A stretch of 64,000 nt of DNA from a candidate division CPR3 bacterium GWF2_35_18 (lineage in GTDB: Bacteria; Patescibacteriota; CPR3; GWF2-35-18): the NCBI GenBank assembly GCA_001771135.1, contig MESW01000002.1, positions 5,315-69,314 of the forward strand, in the 5' to 3' direction. Position numbers and translations under genes: made by a program. Below, one piece after another: positions 1 to 9,606 of the stretch. The notes under the pieces are model-generated. The model ran no database searches. It was not told the origin of the DNA and saw only the letters and a list, made by a program, of their open reading frames with translations. Positions within the stretch are counted from its first letter, which is position 1, and the number at the start of each line of letters is the position of its first letter.

Positions 1-707
1 TACTTATTTGAAATAGAGTAGATGTGTCGTGCCCACTCTAAAGAACTCCAATCGAATTGAAGCGATTGGAGAAGTTGAAATCTTTCTTCCATGGACAGGT
101 TATAATATCCCAGGTCACGAAATTCTGCATACACAATTGTTTCCCAGGCATAAGCCTGCATTTCCGCGCAGAGATCGAAATTATTCTTTGGATCATACCC
201 GTTTAGGGCATTTATGTAATGAACAGTATCATGTGCCCAGACTATAGCAATTTCTACATCGTCTGTTTTGGTTTCTAAGAATTGAAGGCCTACTTCAAGG
301 TTGATGCCATCATCTCCCTGAGTTGTTGCCATGGCTGCACCATTTATTAGTCCTTCCCAGATTCGGATATTCATTGGATTTTGATATATCCAATCACCCG
401 TTGCAACAGTTGCAATTCCACCTGATGATTGTTGCATCTGGTACATGATTCGGTCCATGCGCATTCTTTGGTCTTCGACTGAGGACGCGGGATTCATCCA
501 ATTTCCCTTGTTTTGAATCGATTGATAGTTTGGATAGATAGAGAAAAGGGGATTGTCTATGAGACTAGAACAATCAGGTTTGAAAATGGGTTTTGGTACT
601 AATGACCAGCTTCCAAATCCCAAGATTAAAACGATGAAGAGAAAAAGAAACATTCTCTTGATCATTTTATTTCTATTGCGCTGAGCTTGATATTTTTTCT
701 TACTCAT
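1..707 (-). CDS. Membrane-anchored/exported protein with a zincin-like HDxxH...ExxAY motif; 3' end at the window edge
   Basis: Not in the ORF track. ATG at 707 with GAAGGAG RBS. The frame stays open to position 3 (MSKKKYQ...FLFLFIVLILGFG...VWAHDTVHY...CAEMQAYAWE). Confidence 0.7.
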   Translation of the reverse strand, partial: MSKKKYQAQRNRNKMIKRMFLFLFIVLILGFGSWSLVPKPIFKPDCSSLIDNPLFSIYPNYQSIQNKGNWMNPASSVEDQRMRMDRIMYQMQQSSGGIATVATGDWIYQNPMNIRIWEGLINGAAMATTQGDDGINLEVGLQFLETKTDDVEIAIVWAHDTVHYINALNGYDPKNNFDLCAEMQAYAWETIVYAEFRDLGYYNLSMEERFQLLQSLQFDWSSLEWARHIYSISNK

Positions 708-952
708 AGTTACTCCTTCGTAATCGGTTAATTTATAGGTTTTGAGAAGTTATACGAGTATAAAATATTTGTGAAGCCTCCTTATTCTTATTCTGTTGTT
801 AAAGTATCTGGGGAAATATGGGGAAGAGTAGATATAACATTTTTATTTTAGAATATCAAATTTAATAGGTATTTCTTATTTTTCCAAATACAACTATATT
901 CTTTAAGTAATTTAATCTACAATATAAATATATTGGGGATATTTTCATTGTT

Positions 953-1828
953 ATGCAAGAACATCATTCAAAACAAGATAATATTAAAATTGCAGTCTTA
1001 TTGAATGTTTCATTTACCATTTTAGAAGTGATTGGAGGTTTGTGGTCCAATAGTCTCACAATTCTCTCTGATGCCCTGCACGATTTTGGAGATAGTGTTA
1101 CTCTCATAAGCTCTTGGATTCTTGAAAAGAAATCCCAGAAGAAACCAGATGCAAAATACACTTTTGGTTATCAAAGACTCTCTCTTTTGTCGGCGTTACT
1201 TTCTTCTATGATTCTAATTGGAGGTTCTGTATTCATACTTCTTCAGACGATTCCACGTCTTCAAAATCCCGAACATGTCAATTCACAAGGAATGATTTTG
1301 ATGGCAGTTGTCGGTATTATTTTTAATGGAGCGGGATTTTTAAAACTGAAAAAAGGTTCTAATATGAACGAGAAAGTACTTTCCTGGCATCTTTTGGAAG
1401 ATGTTTTGGGGTGGGTAGTAGTCTTGCTGGGAGGGACTCTGATATTTTTCTGGGATAACCATGTTATTGATCCGATAATGACAATTGGGTTTACGATTTT
1501 TATTCTGTGGGGAGTAACAAAAAACCTCAAAGAGGTAATCAATATTTTCTTTCAAGCTACCCCATCAAATATCAGTGTCGATCACATCAAAGAAGGTCTT
1601 TTGGCTATCAAAGGAGTGCTCAGGGTGCACGATGTCCATGTTTGGTCTTTAGAAGGAGAGACCAATATTTTTACAGGACATATTGTTATAGAAGAGAATT
1701 TACTTGATAATTCTGATAGAATGAAGAAGGAGATCAAGGAAGAGTTGAAAAAACATCAGATTAAGCATTCAACTATTGAGTTGGAGAGTAAATATTTTTG
1801 CTCTGGAATTGAGTGTAAACAGGTATAA
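953..1828 (+). CDS. CDF family Zn/Co/Cd efflux transporter (CzcD/ZitB-like)
   Basis: SDALHDFGD, TFGYQR, HLLED and VHDVHVWSL motifs; 6 TM segments plus C-terminal domain. Confidence 0.93.
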   Translation: MQEHHSKQDNIKIAVLLNVSFTILEVIGGLWSNSLTILSDALHDFGDSVTLISSWILEKKSQKKPDAKYTFGYQRLSLLSALLSSMILIGGSVFILLQTIPRLQNPEHVNSQGMILMAVVGIIFNGAGFLKLKKGSNMNEKVLSWHLLEDVLGWVVVLLGGTLIFFWDNHVIDPIMTIGFTIFILWGVTKNLKEVINIFFQATPSNISVDHIKEGLLAIKGVLRVHDVHVWSLEGETNIFTGHIVIEENLLDNSDRMKKEIKEELKKHQIKHSTIELESKYFCSGIECKQV

Positions 1829-1886
1829 AAGTCAATGAATCCGCATTTACATAGAGCGTAAATCTTAGTTTAAAAAGGAAAGCTAT

Positions 1887-2174
1887 ATGGATATTGGATA
1901 CAAAGAGCTAATTGACGCTATCATTACGAAACAAGTTAGTATTTTAGGAGAAACTATCGCTCTCAAAAAAGCTGGTAAAGTTGAGGGTATAATCCTTAAT
2001 GATTTGGGCAAAGTCGCTTCTATTCATGGCGACGGTAAGATAGTTTTAGAAAAATTGCTCAAAGAATATGCTTCTTTGACTGGAGAAGCCACAATTCTAT
2101 TTTCCAAAGAAGCCATTGCCCCACTTATAAAAGAAAATTCTAGTCTAATTCTACCGGAGGAATTGAAATTATGA
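1887..2174 (+). CDS. Small soluble hypothetical protein, paralog of 38526..38819
   Basis: Shares AII.KQ..I.G..IA.KKA.KV, KEY..L.G, FSKEAI and LP.EL with the second copy. Confidence 0.85.
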   Translation: MDIGYKELIDAIITKQVSILGETIALKKAGKVEGIILNDLGKVASIHGDGKIVLEKLLKEYASLTGEATILFSKEAIAPLIKENSSLILPEELKL

Positions 2175-2929
2175 AAAAATTTCTATTATATTTTATCCAT
2201 ATTATTCTATTATTGATCGGATTATCAGCTTCTTACTATCGATCTCTCAGTGATACCTCAACCTCAGAATTGATTGTTTATCTGGCAATTATTGTTCTTT
2301 GTGCTTTAGGTTTTGTTTATAGCATGATGTTAATGAAGAAACTAGGGGGAAGAAAATCAATAATGGGCAAAAGTTTTCTGTATTTAGGATTAGCTTTTTT
2401 TTTTCAAGCAATTACAATTGTTTATGATTATCTCTTCTTTTCACTAGCTGATTACTCTCCTGTTTCGACGCTATTGCTGGCAATTATGAATTTATGTTGG
2501 GCAATTTCTATTTATAACTTTTTTTTGATTACCGGAGTTAGTCAAAAAATCCGACAGGCATGGAAAACTATTCTCATAATAGGAATTGTTATCTGTTGCT
2601 CTTTAGCCGCTTACGGGAATCTTCCTGTTTCATATGCCGATGAATTTTTAAGTATGGCTATCTTATTAGTTAATGTTATCTTAATCTTTGAATCGGCTCT
2701 ATTACTCTTATACAGTTCTCGTTTTCGAGGGGGAGCCTTACTTATGCCGGTATTACTCCTCTGTTTTGGGATTGTTTTTCAACTAGTTGGAGATCTTCTA
2801 AATCGAGGAGTTTTTCAGGTAGGGACAATTACATATATTGCTGATGATGCTTTTTACTGTTTTTCATGGTTTCTCTTATCTATGTCACCGACTATTCTTT
2901 TAGCTTCATCGAAAGAGAACCTGGAATAA
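2171..2929 (+). CDS. 7-8 TM membrane protein, paralog of 37712..38506
   Basis: Hydrophobic segments; K.GG..S..GK and C.GI..QL.GDL...SWF.L...P shared with the second copy; start overlaps upstream stop (ATGA). Confidence 0.85.
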   Translation: MKKFLLYFIHIILLLIGLSASYYRSLSDTSTSELIVYLAIIVLCALGFVYSMMLMKKLGGRKSIMGKSFLYLGLAFFFQAITIVYDYLFFSLADYSPVSTLLLAIMNLCWAISIYNFFLITGVSQKIRQAWKTILIIGIVICCSLAAYGNLPVSYADEFLSMAILLVNVILIFESALLLLYSSRFRGGALLMPVLLLCFGIVFQLVGDLLNRGVFQVGTITYIADDAFYCFSWFLLSMSPTILLASSKENLE

Positions 2930-3146
2930 AATCCCTTATTAATTGGATAAGTTGTTATGTTTTGACACTCTCTTATAAATCACTGAATTAAAATGTTCGG
3001 AAAATATTTAAAAAGTGCAACAGGTGACATAAGAAGATTTGATAAATAATTCATATTTTACCTTAATTAAAACGTCTTTAAGTGAAAGGGAAATGTAAAG
3101 AGATATTTATGGTTTTATAAATTAATTTTATGGAAAGGAGCTATTA

Positions 3147-3671
3147 ATGAAAATGAAAAAAGCAGCTATTATATTTTTCTCATCTATATTTTTAGGTCTT
3201 ATAATCCTTTTAGTCAGTAACTCATTAAAAAAGGTAAACGCAGAGGCAAATTCGTGGATTAACTCAGGGATAAATATGTATGCTAATATAAGCGGTAATA
3301 TTGGTATTGGTACAGCAAGCCCCCAGTTTCCATTGCATATAGCAAAAGGGACAGGTAAGGCGGCTGGGTTTTTAAATGAAGCCACCGGAACGAATAACGA
3401 TGCTTTTGTGACTTATAAAGCCGCAATAAATACAAGTGGTAGAAAGGCTTTTAATCTTAATACCGGAGCGAGCTCATTAAATAGGTTAGACTTAAGACTT
3501 CTGAATGATGGTTTAACTAGCTCTATTCGAACCATTATGACCTGGAATTACGATGGTAATGTAGGCATAGGAACCACAGCTCCTGCGCAAAAGTTGGAGG
3601 TTAATGGAAACTTTAAATTAAGTGGAAACATTGTTTCCGACGGTGATATTTGTATAGGTAACTGCCAATAA
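3147..3671 (+). CDS. Exported protein with GN(I/V)GIGT beta-repeats
   Basis: Signal-like N-terminus; two GNxGIGT..P...L motifs; AAGGAG RBS. Confidence 0.75.
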   Translation: MKMKKAAIIFFSSIFLGLIILLVSNSLKKVNAEANSWINSGINMYANISGNIGIGTASPQFPLHIAKGTGKAAGFLNEATGTNNDAFVTYKAAINTSGRKAFNLNTGASSLNRLDLRLLNDGLTSSIRTIMTWNYDGNVGIGTTAPAQKLEVNGNFKLSGNIVSDGDICIGNCQ

Positions 3672-3674
3672 AAT

Positions 3675-4916
3675 ATGATAAATATGCCTAAAATATCAGT
3701 TACTAAAATTCTATTCTTTCTTGTTCCGACAGTATTGCTTTTTATATCTCAAAAAACTATTGCCTATTATGCTCCAACATCTTCTTATGATCCATGTAGT
3801 GTTCCTGAAACCGGAGACTGGACGATTTCATCAAGCTGCACTTTAGAAACAAGTGACACTTTAGAAGGTGATCTGACGGTGAATAATGGATGTGTTTTAG
3901 AAATTGAAAATGGTGTGACTTTGACTGTTGATCTAGAGCACAGCTACATCAGAGTAATTAGCGGCGGTGGAATCTTAATTCGGCAGGGTGGAACTATTAC
4001 TCAATCTACTCCTAGACCGACGCAAGAAAATTTCAAAGTCGCTTTTATTGGCGATTCAGACGCGGGGTTTAACTTTGAGAGCGTACTTAATTTAATTAAA
4101 AACGAAAATGCAGATATGGTATTACATCAGGGAGATTTTGATAATACGGATTCTAAGGATCCCGCTGTCTTTGAAACAATCATAAATAATATCCTGGGTG
4201 TTAATTTCCCTTATTTTGGTTCTGTAGGTAATCATGATAATAATGACGCTGGTGAGTGGAATGCATATGCCAACCAATTTCTTACCCGAATGCAGCGCTT
4301 AGGTCTTACACCTGACTTCAACGATCTCACTGACCAAAAATACTCTTTAACCTATAAGGGTTTAAAGATGGTTTTCGTAGGTGAAAACGGAAATAATACC
4401 GAGTTTGCGAATTTTATTAATTCCGAATTTGCCACAGATGATCATATTTGGAAGATTTGCAGTTGGCATCAGATGCAGAATGCTATGCAAGTAGGATCAA
4501 AGGCTGATGATATGGGATGGGATGTGTATGAAAATTGCCGAACGCACGGCGCAATTATCGTTAACGGTCATGAACACAGTTATCATCGCACCAAAACTCT
4601 GACGGATATGTCTGACCAAACAGTTGATGTTGGTTGTTCCGATCCTAATAATTTGTGTGTAGGAAACGGAAAAACTTTTTCTAATGTTTCTGGCTTAGGA
4701 GGGATAGGAATCCGAAATCAAGATCGTTGTCTTCCCATCTCATATCCTTATGGTTGTAACGGTGAATGGGCTTCAATATATACGACCGATCAATCTGCAC
4801 AATATGGAGCATTATTTATCGAATTTCGTGTTGATGGAGATACTGAAAAAGCTTCTGGTTATTTTAAAAACATCGATGGAGTTGTTGTAGACACTTTTAC
4901 GATTATCAAGCAATAA
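3675..4916 (+). CDS. Secreted calcineurin-like metallophosphoesterase
   Basis: FIGDSD, HQGDFD, VGNHD and GHEHSY motifs; signal peptide. Confidence 0.88.
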   Translation: MINMPKISVTKILFFLVPTVLLFISQKTIAYYAPTSSYDPCSVPETGDWTISSSCTLETSDTLEGDLTVNNGCVLEIENGVTLTVDLEHSYIRVISGGGILIRQGGTITQSTPRPTQENFKVAFIGDSDAGFNFESVLNLIKNENADMVLHQGDFDNTDSKDPAVFETIINNILGVNFPYFGSVGNHDNNDAGEWNAYANQFLTRMQRLGLTPDFNDLTDQKYSLTYKGLKMVFVGENGNNTEFANFINSEFATDDHIWKICSWHQMQNAMQVGSKADDMGWDVYENCRTHGAIIVNGHEHSYHRTKTLTDMSDQTVDVGCSDPNNLCVGNGKTFSNVSGLGGIGIRNQDRCLPISYPYGCNGEWASIYTTDQSAQYGALFIEFRVDGDTEKASGYFKNIDGVVVDTFTIIKQ

Positions 4917-5048
4917 TTGGAAGGTGGTTGGATTGCTACTTTTGCCGATCCGGATGGAAATTATTTTCAACTCATGTCTCCCTGGGAAGTAAGACTTGAT
5001 AAACTTTCAAGAGATAGACAATCCAAATTTCTTAAACAAAAACTCTAA
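4917..5048 (+). pseudogene. C-terminal remnant of a VOC/glyoxalase family gene
   Basis: Reads LEGGWIATFADPDGNYFQLMSPW (FxDPDGN VOC signature) with no N-terminal half. Confidence 0.65.
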
Positions 5049-5056
5049 TTCAATAT

Positions 5057-5611
5057 TTGAGTTTTTGCTATAATATGAATATGCAAATTCATATTCGATT
5101 AGCAGAAAAGACTGATCTATTCCAATATACAAATCTTCTCCAAAAAACATATGAAAAAGCTTACGTTAATGAGGCTTTGGGTTTAACTAAAGAGTGTTTT
5201 TCCAAGGCAGTTTTTAATTCCGAAAATACCCAAGATTACCTCAAATCTCGATTGAAGATTACTGAAAAACAGAAAACCTGGTTGGTCTTGATCGAAGAGA
5301 AATTAGTCGGATCTATCACTTACATTTCTACGGATAAAAATCAGGGAGAACTGGCTGGATTTTATGTTGATCCCGATTATCAGGGTCAGGGGATTGGGAA
5401 AAAGTTGTATTCATATTTTATGAAACATATTTCAATCGGAAATTTAGTTCTTGACCTTTATTGTCATAATATAAAGGCGATAGAAATATATAAGAGATGG
5501 GGCTGGAAAATTGATATTAGCCGAGGACAAAAAGGTTATTTTTACCGCCATTGGCCTGAGTGGCCAGAGAATCTTCAGGCAAAATGTATGTATATGCGAT
5601 TGGACCGGTAG
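5057..5611 (+). CDS. GNAT family acetyltransferase
   Basis: FYVDPDYQGQGIGKKL motif A; NxxAxxxYxxxG motif B; true start probably the Met near 5074. Confidence 0.88.
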   Translation: MSFCYNMNMQIHIRLAEKTDLFQYTNLLQKTYEKAYVNEALGLTKECFSKAVFNSENTQDYLKSRLKITEKQKTWLVLIEEKLVGSITYISTDKNQGELAGFYVDPDYQGQGIGKKLYSYFMKHISIGNLVLDLYCHNIKAIEIYKRWGWKIDISRGQKGYFYRHWPEWPENLQAKCMYMRLDR

Positions 5612-5615
5612 GAAG

Positions 5616-5795
5616 TTATAGCAAAGCTTCCAGAGCATGGTAGACTAAAAATGCTGGCCAAACGATAGCTTTTAAAAATCCCAACACTCCCATCCAAAAC
5701 GAACTAGCATGACCGATAAAATATACCGCCGCGCCGATAAATCCTAAACCATAAACAGCTCCTGATGTTCCAGCTTCTTGAACTCTTTGATTCAT
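5616..5795 (-). CDS. 59-aa small membrane protein missed by the ORF track
   Basis: MNQRVQEAGTSGAVYGLGFIGAAVYFIGHASSFWMGVLGFLKAIVWPAFLVYHALEALL; GAAGGAGG RBS; two hydrophobic helices. Confidence 0.8.
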   Translation of the reverse strand: MNQRVQEAGTSGAVYGLGFIGAAVYFIGHASSFWMGVLGFLKAIVWPAFLVYHALEALL

Positions 5796-5903
5796 AATCC
5801 TCCTTCACGAGATTAAATATGCTTAATTTCTAGGATACACTATTAAAATAGTAGAAAGCAACCGGAAATATCTGTTATAATTTTATGTAAAAGGAGAAAA
5901 ATT

Positions 5904-6206
5904 ATGCCCAAAACTCTTTTTGGTAAATTATCAGTTATTTTTATTACTGCCTTTTTTATCTTTATAGTAGTTTTTTCCTTTTTTGCAGCCTTTGGACAAA
6001 AAGGAGGAGAGGAAAGTTTTTTTGACAATTTATATTTAGCAATTCCTATCTTACTGGCCGGAGTTTCAGGTGTTACCTCTTTTATTACTGGTTTAATCTG
6101 TTTAATTAAAAACAGAGAAGATAGAGGTCCTTTGGTCGCCATATCAACAGCCATTGGATTTGTGGTTACTTTTTTTATGTTAGGAGAGATTCTTTTCCCA
6201 CATTAG
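5904..6206 (+). CDS. Small 3-TM membrane protein
   Basis: AAGGAG RBS; three hydrophobic segments. Confidence 0.75.
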   Translation: MPKTLFGKLSVIFITAFFIFIVVFSFFAAFGQKGGEESFFDNLYLAIPILLAGVSGVTSFITGLICLIKNREDRGPLVAISTAIGFVVTFFMLGEILFPH

Positions 6207-6230
6207 TTTTTTATCTAAAAGGATTTAAAG

Positions 6231-6707
6231 GTGAAAACTTTAATTATTTATGATTCAGTTTTTGGAAATACGGAGAAAGTCGCCAAAGCAATTTCCAAAG
6301 CCTTTGCAAAAGAGGTAGAAATTGCAAAAGTGAGTGAAGTAAAAATCGAACAGCTTTGTGGACTTAATTTACTCATTGTTGGTTCTCCAACACGTGCTTT
6401 TCGTCCCACTAAAGAGCTAACAGCTTTTCTTCGAGAAATTCCGGAAAACAGTTTGAAAAAGGTTAGGATAGCAGCTTTTGATACCCGAGTGGATGTAAAA
6501 GAATTAAATAATAAATTACTGACGAATATGGTTAAATTTCTTGGTTATGCCGCCAAACCGATTGCCAATTTGTTATCCCAAAAAGGAGGAAAGCAGGTTA
6601 TTGATCCCGAAGGATTTATTGTTCTTGGTGAAAAAGGCCCTTTAAAGGAAGGGGAGGTAGAAAGAGTGAAAACATGGGTAGAGAATATTAAAAGTAAGTT
6701 ACTTTAA
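6231..6707 (+). CDS. Flavodoxin-domain protein
   Basis: IYDSVFGNTEKVA FMN phosphate loop; VGSPT; AAFDTR. Confidence 0.9.
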   Translation: MKTLIIYDSVFGNTEKVAKAISKAFAKEVEIAKVSEVKIEQLCGLNLLIVGSPTRAFRPTKELTAFLREIPENSLKKVRIAAFDTRVDVKELNNKLLTNMVKFLGYAAKPIANLLSQKGGKQVIDPEGFIVLGEKGPLKEGEVERVKTWVENIKSKLL

Positions 6708-7985
6708 TTCCGCTTCACCTTTTACCTTGGGAAGATTCCTTAAAACATCACATTGTGGGAAACAGTAACCATCATCATTCATCCAATTAAAATTCGTCCA
6801 GGCTTTATGGTTAAAGATGAAAGGAATTATGGCTTTTATGCGGTCGTCTGGTCCCCAGATATTTTTAAAAGCATCATCAAAATAGGTTGCTGTGAGTGTT
6901 GAATCTTTATACTGCCATTTTGGAATATTTCCTTCTTTGTGAACCCATCCAGTTTCGGTGATAAATACTGATAATCCGGTAATATTAAAATGTTTCTGCA
7001 ACAGTTCTAGTTCCCATTCATACGATTTGATTTGATCTCGTTTTTCATACCAAGAAGGGGGATTATAATAGTCTCCAGAAAATTCTGGTTGAGGATAAGC
7101 ATGATTTGCCCATCCGTCTATCTTTTCAAAAATACCAGGGACTTTATTATTCATTCTGATCATAAAATCTTCAGCATCAAGATAGTGGGGACCACTGCGA
7201 GCTGAAGTGTTTAATCCACCATTCATCATATAGAAGTTTTTGTTTTCTTTTTTGAAGATATCAATAATCATATTTAAACCTTCAGCGTATCCTTCAGGAT
7301 CAATACCATTGGGATAGTATTCAAGAGCATTCATTTCATTAAAAACTGTAATAAGACGGCAGGAACTTGGCCAGTAAAAGCTATTTAAGAATTTAGCGGT
7401 TTTAGTAATTCGTGGTTCAAGAAAATCTTTTCCAAACTGATTAGTCTGAAGCTGTATAATGGGAATTAGGTGATACTTTTCTGTTAAATCAAAAAATTGC
7501 TGCCAAACATTTTTATTAAAGCTTGTTTCATAGTTAATCCAAAAAGGAATTAAAACATATCCCCAATCACCACCACTACCATTAACGAGATTAGAAATCT
7601 CAGAAAGCTGTTTGTCTAAAGTGAGATTGGTATGGTCTGTAACCATATACATTCCGTATCTGTTATTTAAAATATCTCTTTCGTAGACAGATTTTCCTCC
7701 TATGAAACAAGGAGTAAGAGGTGTTCTGCTTGGGAAATTTGGCCCGGCGGATTGTGAGGCGTTACGAGCTTCACTATCACTAACTACCGCTGAACTACTG
7801 GATTCATTTTGTGTTTTTGTACTTTGGATTTTTTGATAAACAAATAATCCGATAATTACTGTGAGTAAAATTAGAATAGTAATTGAGGCAACAATCACAA
7901 AGGTTTTATTTTTAGTATAAAATCGCAATAATTTCTCCCGAAGATTATTTTCTTTAGGTATTTTTATTGGTTTTATGTGCTTCAT
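6699..7985 (-). CDS. Membrane-anchored clan GH-A-like glycoside hydrolase
   Basis: N-terminal TM; FNEMN acid/base, NHAYP and VFITETGW nucleophile motifs. Confidence 0.78.
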   Translation of the reverse strand: MKHIKPIKIPKENNLREKLLRFYTKNKTFVIVASITILILLTVIIGLFVYQKIQSTKTQNESSSSAVVSDSEARNASQSAGPNFPSRTPLTPCFIGGKSVYERDILNNRYGMYMVTDHTNLTLDKQLSEISNLVNGSGGDWGYVLIPFWINYETSFNKNVWQQFFDLTEKYHLIPIIQLQTNQFGKDFLEPRITKTAKFLNSFYWPSSCRLITVFNEMNALEYYPNGIDPEGYAEGLNMIIDIFKKENKNFYMMNGGLNTSARSGPHYLDAEDFMIRMNNKVPGIFEKIDGWANHAYPQPEFSGDYYNPPSWYEKRDQIKSYEWELELLQKHFNITGLSVFITETGWVHKEGNIPKWQYKDSTLTATYFDDAFKNIWGPDDRIKAIIPFIFNHKAWTNFNWMNDDGYCFPQCDVLRNLPKVKGEAELK

Positions 7986-8118
7986 TGTAACTCAAGAAGT
8001 TTAGATTAATATATTAATACAAATTATCACATTTTAAACTAACAATCGAATTTAATACGTTTAGAATCTTTAAAGTTTAAAAGACTAACTGATTTTTGTG
8101 TGTGATATAATCTCATTT

Positions 8119-8883
8119 ATGGAAAATCCAAATATTATTTTACCATTAATCCTTTCTCTTATAGCCGGTTCATCTACGGTAGTTGGGAGCTTAATTTTTT
8201 TCTTCATTAAAGATTTTAAACATTCTATTTTGAGTTTTCTAATGGGTTTATCTGGAGGGGTGATGATTTACCTCTCCTTTATGGAGTTTTTACCTTATTC
8301 TGTCGAAACTGTAGGATTTGTAACAACCAATATCCTTTTTTTCTTCGGATTTTTAGTAATGGGATTACTGGACTTTTTAATCCCTCATGATTATATTCAA
8401 GAAAAGATTAAGGTTGTAAGTGATGATTCTTCAAAATCGCTTTTAAAGACCGGAATTTTTATTATGATTGGTTTAATGTTGCATAATTTTCCGGAAGGGA
8501 TTGCGGTTGCCATGAGCTCATATAGTAATCTCAAATTAGGTTTATTCCTTACTCTTGCAGTTGCGATGCACAACATTCCCGAAGGGATTGCCGTGGCTGT
8601 TCCCATTTATTATGCAACAAAAAATAAATGGCAGGCATTTAAATTTTCATTTCTATCCGGTATTGCAGAACCAATTGGTGCAATACTAGCACTTACTCTT
8701 TTGGGCCCTTTTTTAAACGATACGATCTTATCTTATATTTTTGCTATAGTAGCCGGGGTAATGGTTTTTATTAGCTTTGATGAACTTTTGCCTTGTTGTT
8801 TTAAAAACGGTTTCGGTCATGTTGCGATCTCCGGGATTGCGATTGGGATGGCTCTTATGGCAATTACAATCTGTTTTTTCTAG
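8119..8883 (+). CDS. zupT: ZIP family metal transporter (ZupT/GufA)
   Basis: HNFPEG and HNIPEG motifs; SGIAEPIGA; start placed at MENPN (track start 8098). Confidence 0.9.
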   Translation: MENPNIILPLILSLIAGSSTVVGSLIFFFIKDFKHSILSFLMGLSGGVMIYLSFMEFLPYSVETVGFVTTNILFFFGFLVMGLLDFLIPHDYIQEKIKVVSDDSSKSLLKTGIFIMIGLMLHNFPEGIAVAMSSYSNLKLGLFLTLAVAMHNIPEGIAVAVPIYYATKNKWQAFKFSFLSGIAEPIGAILALTLLGPFLNDTILSYIFAIVAGVMVFISFDELLPCCFKNGFGHVAISGIAIGMALMAITICFF

Positions 8884-8897
8884 TTAACATTCACCCT

Positions 8898-8942
8898 TTG
8901 ACAAGTAAATGAGTATTTATTATAATGAATACCTATTCATTA
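8898..8942 (+). promoter_or_regulatory. Consensus sigma70 promoter with an overlapping palindromic operator candidate
   Basis: TTGACA(8898)-17-TATAAT(8921); perfect 9-2-9 palindrome TAATGAATA-CC-TATTCATTA at 8923-8942. Confidence 0.75.
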
Positions 8943-8967
8943 ATATAATTACGGGGGGTGATAAATA

Positions 8968-9216
8968 ATGCCGAGACAAGATGGAACAGGTCCTTTTGGA
9001 ATGGGGGCCGGAACAGGAAAAGGTTTTGGTCCTTGTGGCCTTGGAATGGGTTGGAGGCGTAAGTTTGGAGGAAAAAGAGGATTAGGTCGTTACTTTAACT
9101 GGAATTGGGGTCAGAGTAAAGAGGAAGAATTAAAAGCCCTTTCCGAATACAAAGAAGCCTTACAAGAGGAGCTTGAAGATCTGAATAAAGAAGAGATGGA
9201 ATTGAAAAAGAAATGA
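8968..9216 (+). CDS. DUF5320-like Gly/Arg-rich small protein
   Basis: MPRQDGTGPFGMGAGTGKGFGPCG N-terminus and coiled-coil C-terminus. Confidence 0.8.
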   Translation: MPRQDGTGPFGMGAGTGKGFGPCGLGMGWRRKFGGKRGLGRYFNWNWGQSKEEELKALSEYKEALQEELEDLNKEEMELKKK

Positions 9217-9288
9217 AAGAGGAGAGCCCAAATCCTCTTTAAGGAGGCGGGCTCTCTCGCAAATATATTTTAATACAAGAAGATCAAT

Positions 9289-9564
9289 ATGCCAAGACCA
9301 AAGATAAAAAGACATCTTCGATTTCAACCAAATTGTTATTATTATAAACCAAGAGGGATTCCTTTATCCGAGCTTGAAGAAATCGCAATACAAAAAGATG
9401 AAATAGAAGCGATTAAGCTTTATGAAGTAGATAACTTAGATCAGACTTTAGCTGCAAGTAGGATGAAAATTTCTCAACCGACATTTGCGAGGATACTTAA
9501 TAATGCTCATAAAAAAATTGCCGAAGCGATTATAAAGGGAAAGGCTATTCGTATAGAGAAATAA
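9289..9564 (+). CDS. DUF134 (UPF0251) HTH protein
   Basis: MPRP...YKPRGIP...EIEAIKL...MKISQPTFARIL...AHKKIA. Confidence 0.88.
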   Translation: MPRPKIKRHLRFQPNCYYYKPRGIPLSELEEIAIQKDEIEAIKLYEVDNLDQTLAASRMKISQPTFARILNNAHKKIAEAIIKGKAIRIEK

Positions 9565-9606
9565 AAAAGAGTCAAAGATGTCAGTTTTTATATTAAAATT
9601 GAAACT

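Noticed and set aside
4914-4916. Stop-codon readthrough or alternative genetic code joining the phosphoesterase to the VOC fragment
   Set aside because: The stop is TAA, the phosphoesterase is complete, and conserved genes elsewhere end normally at TAA, TAG and TGA
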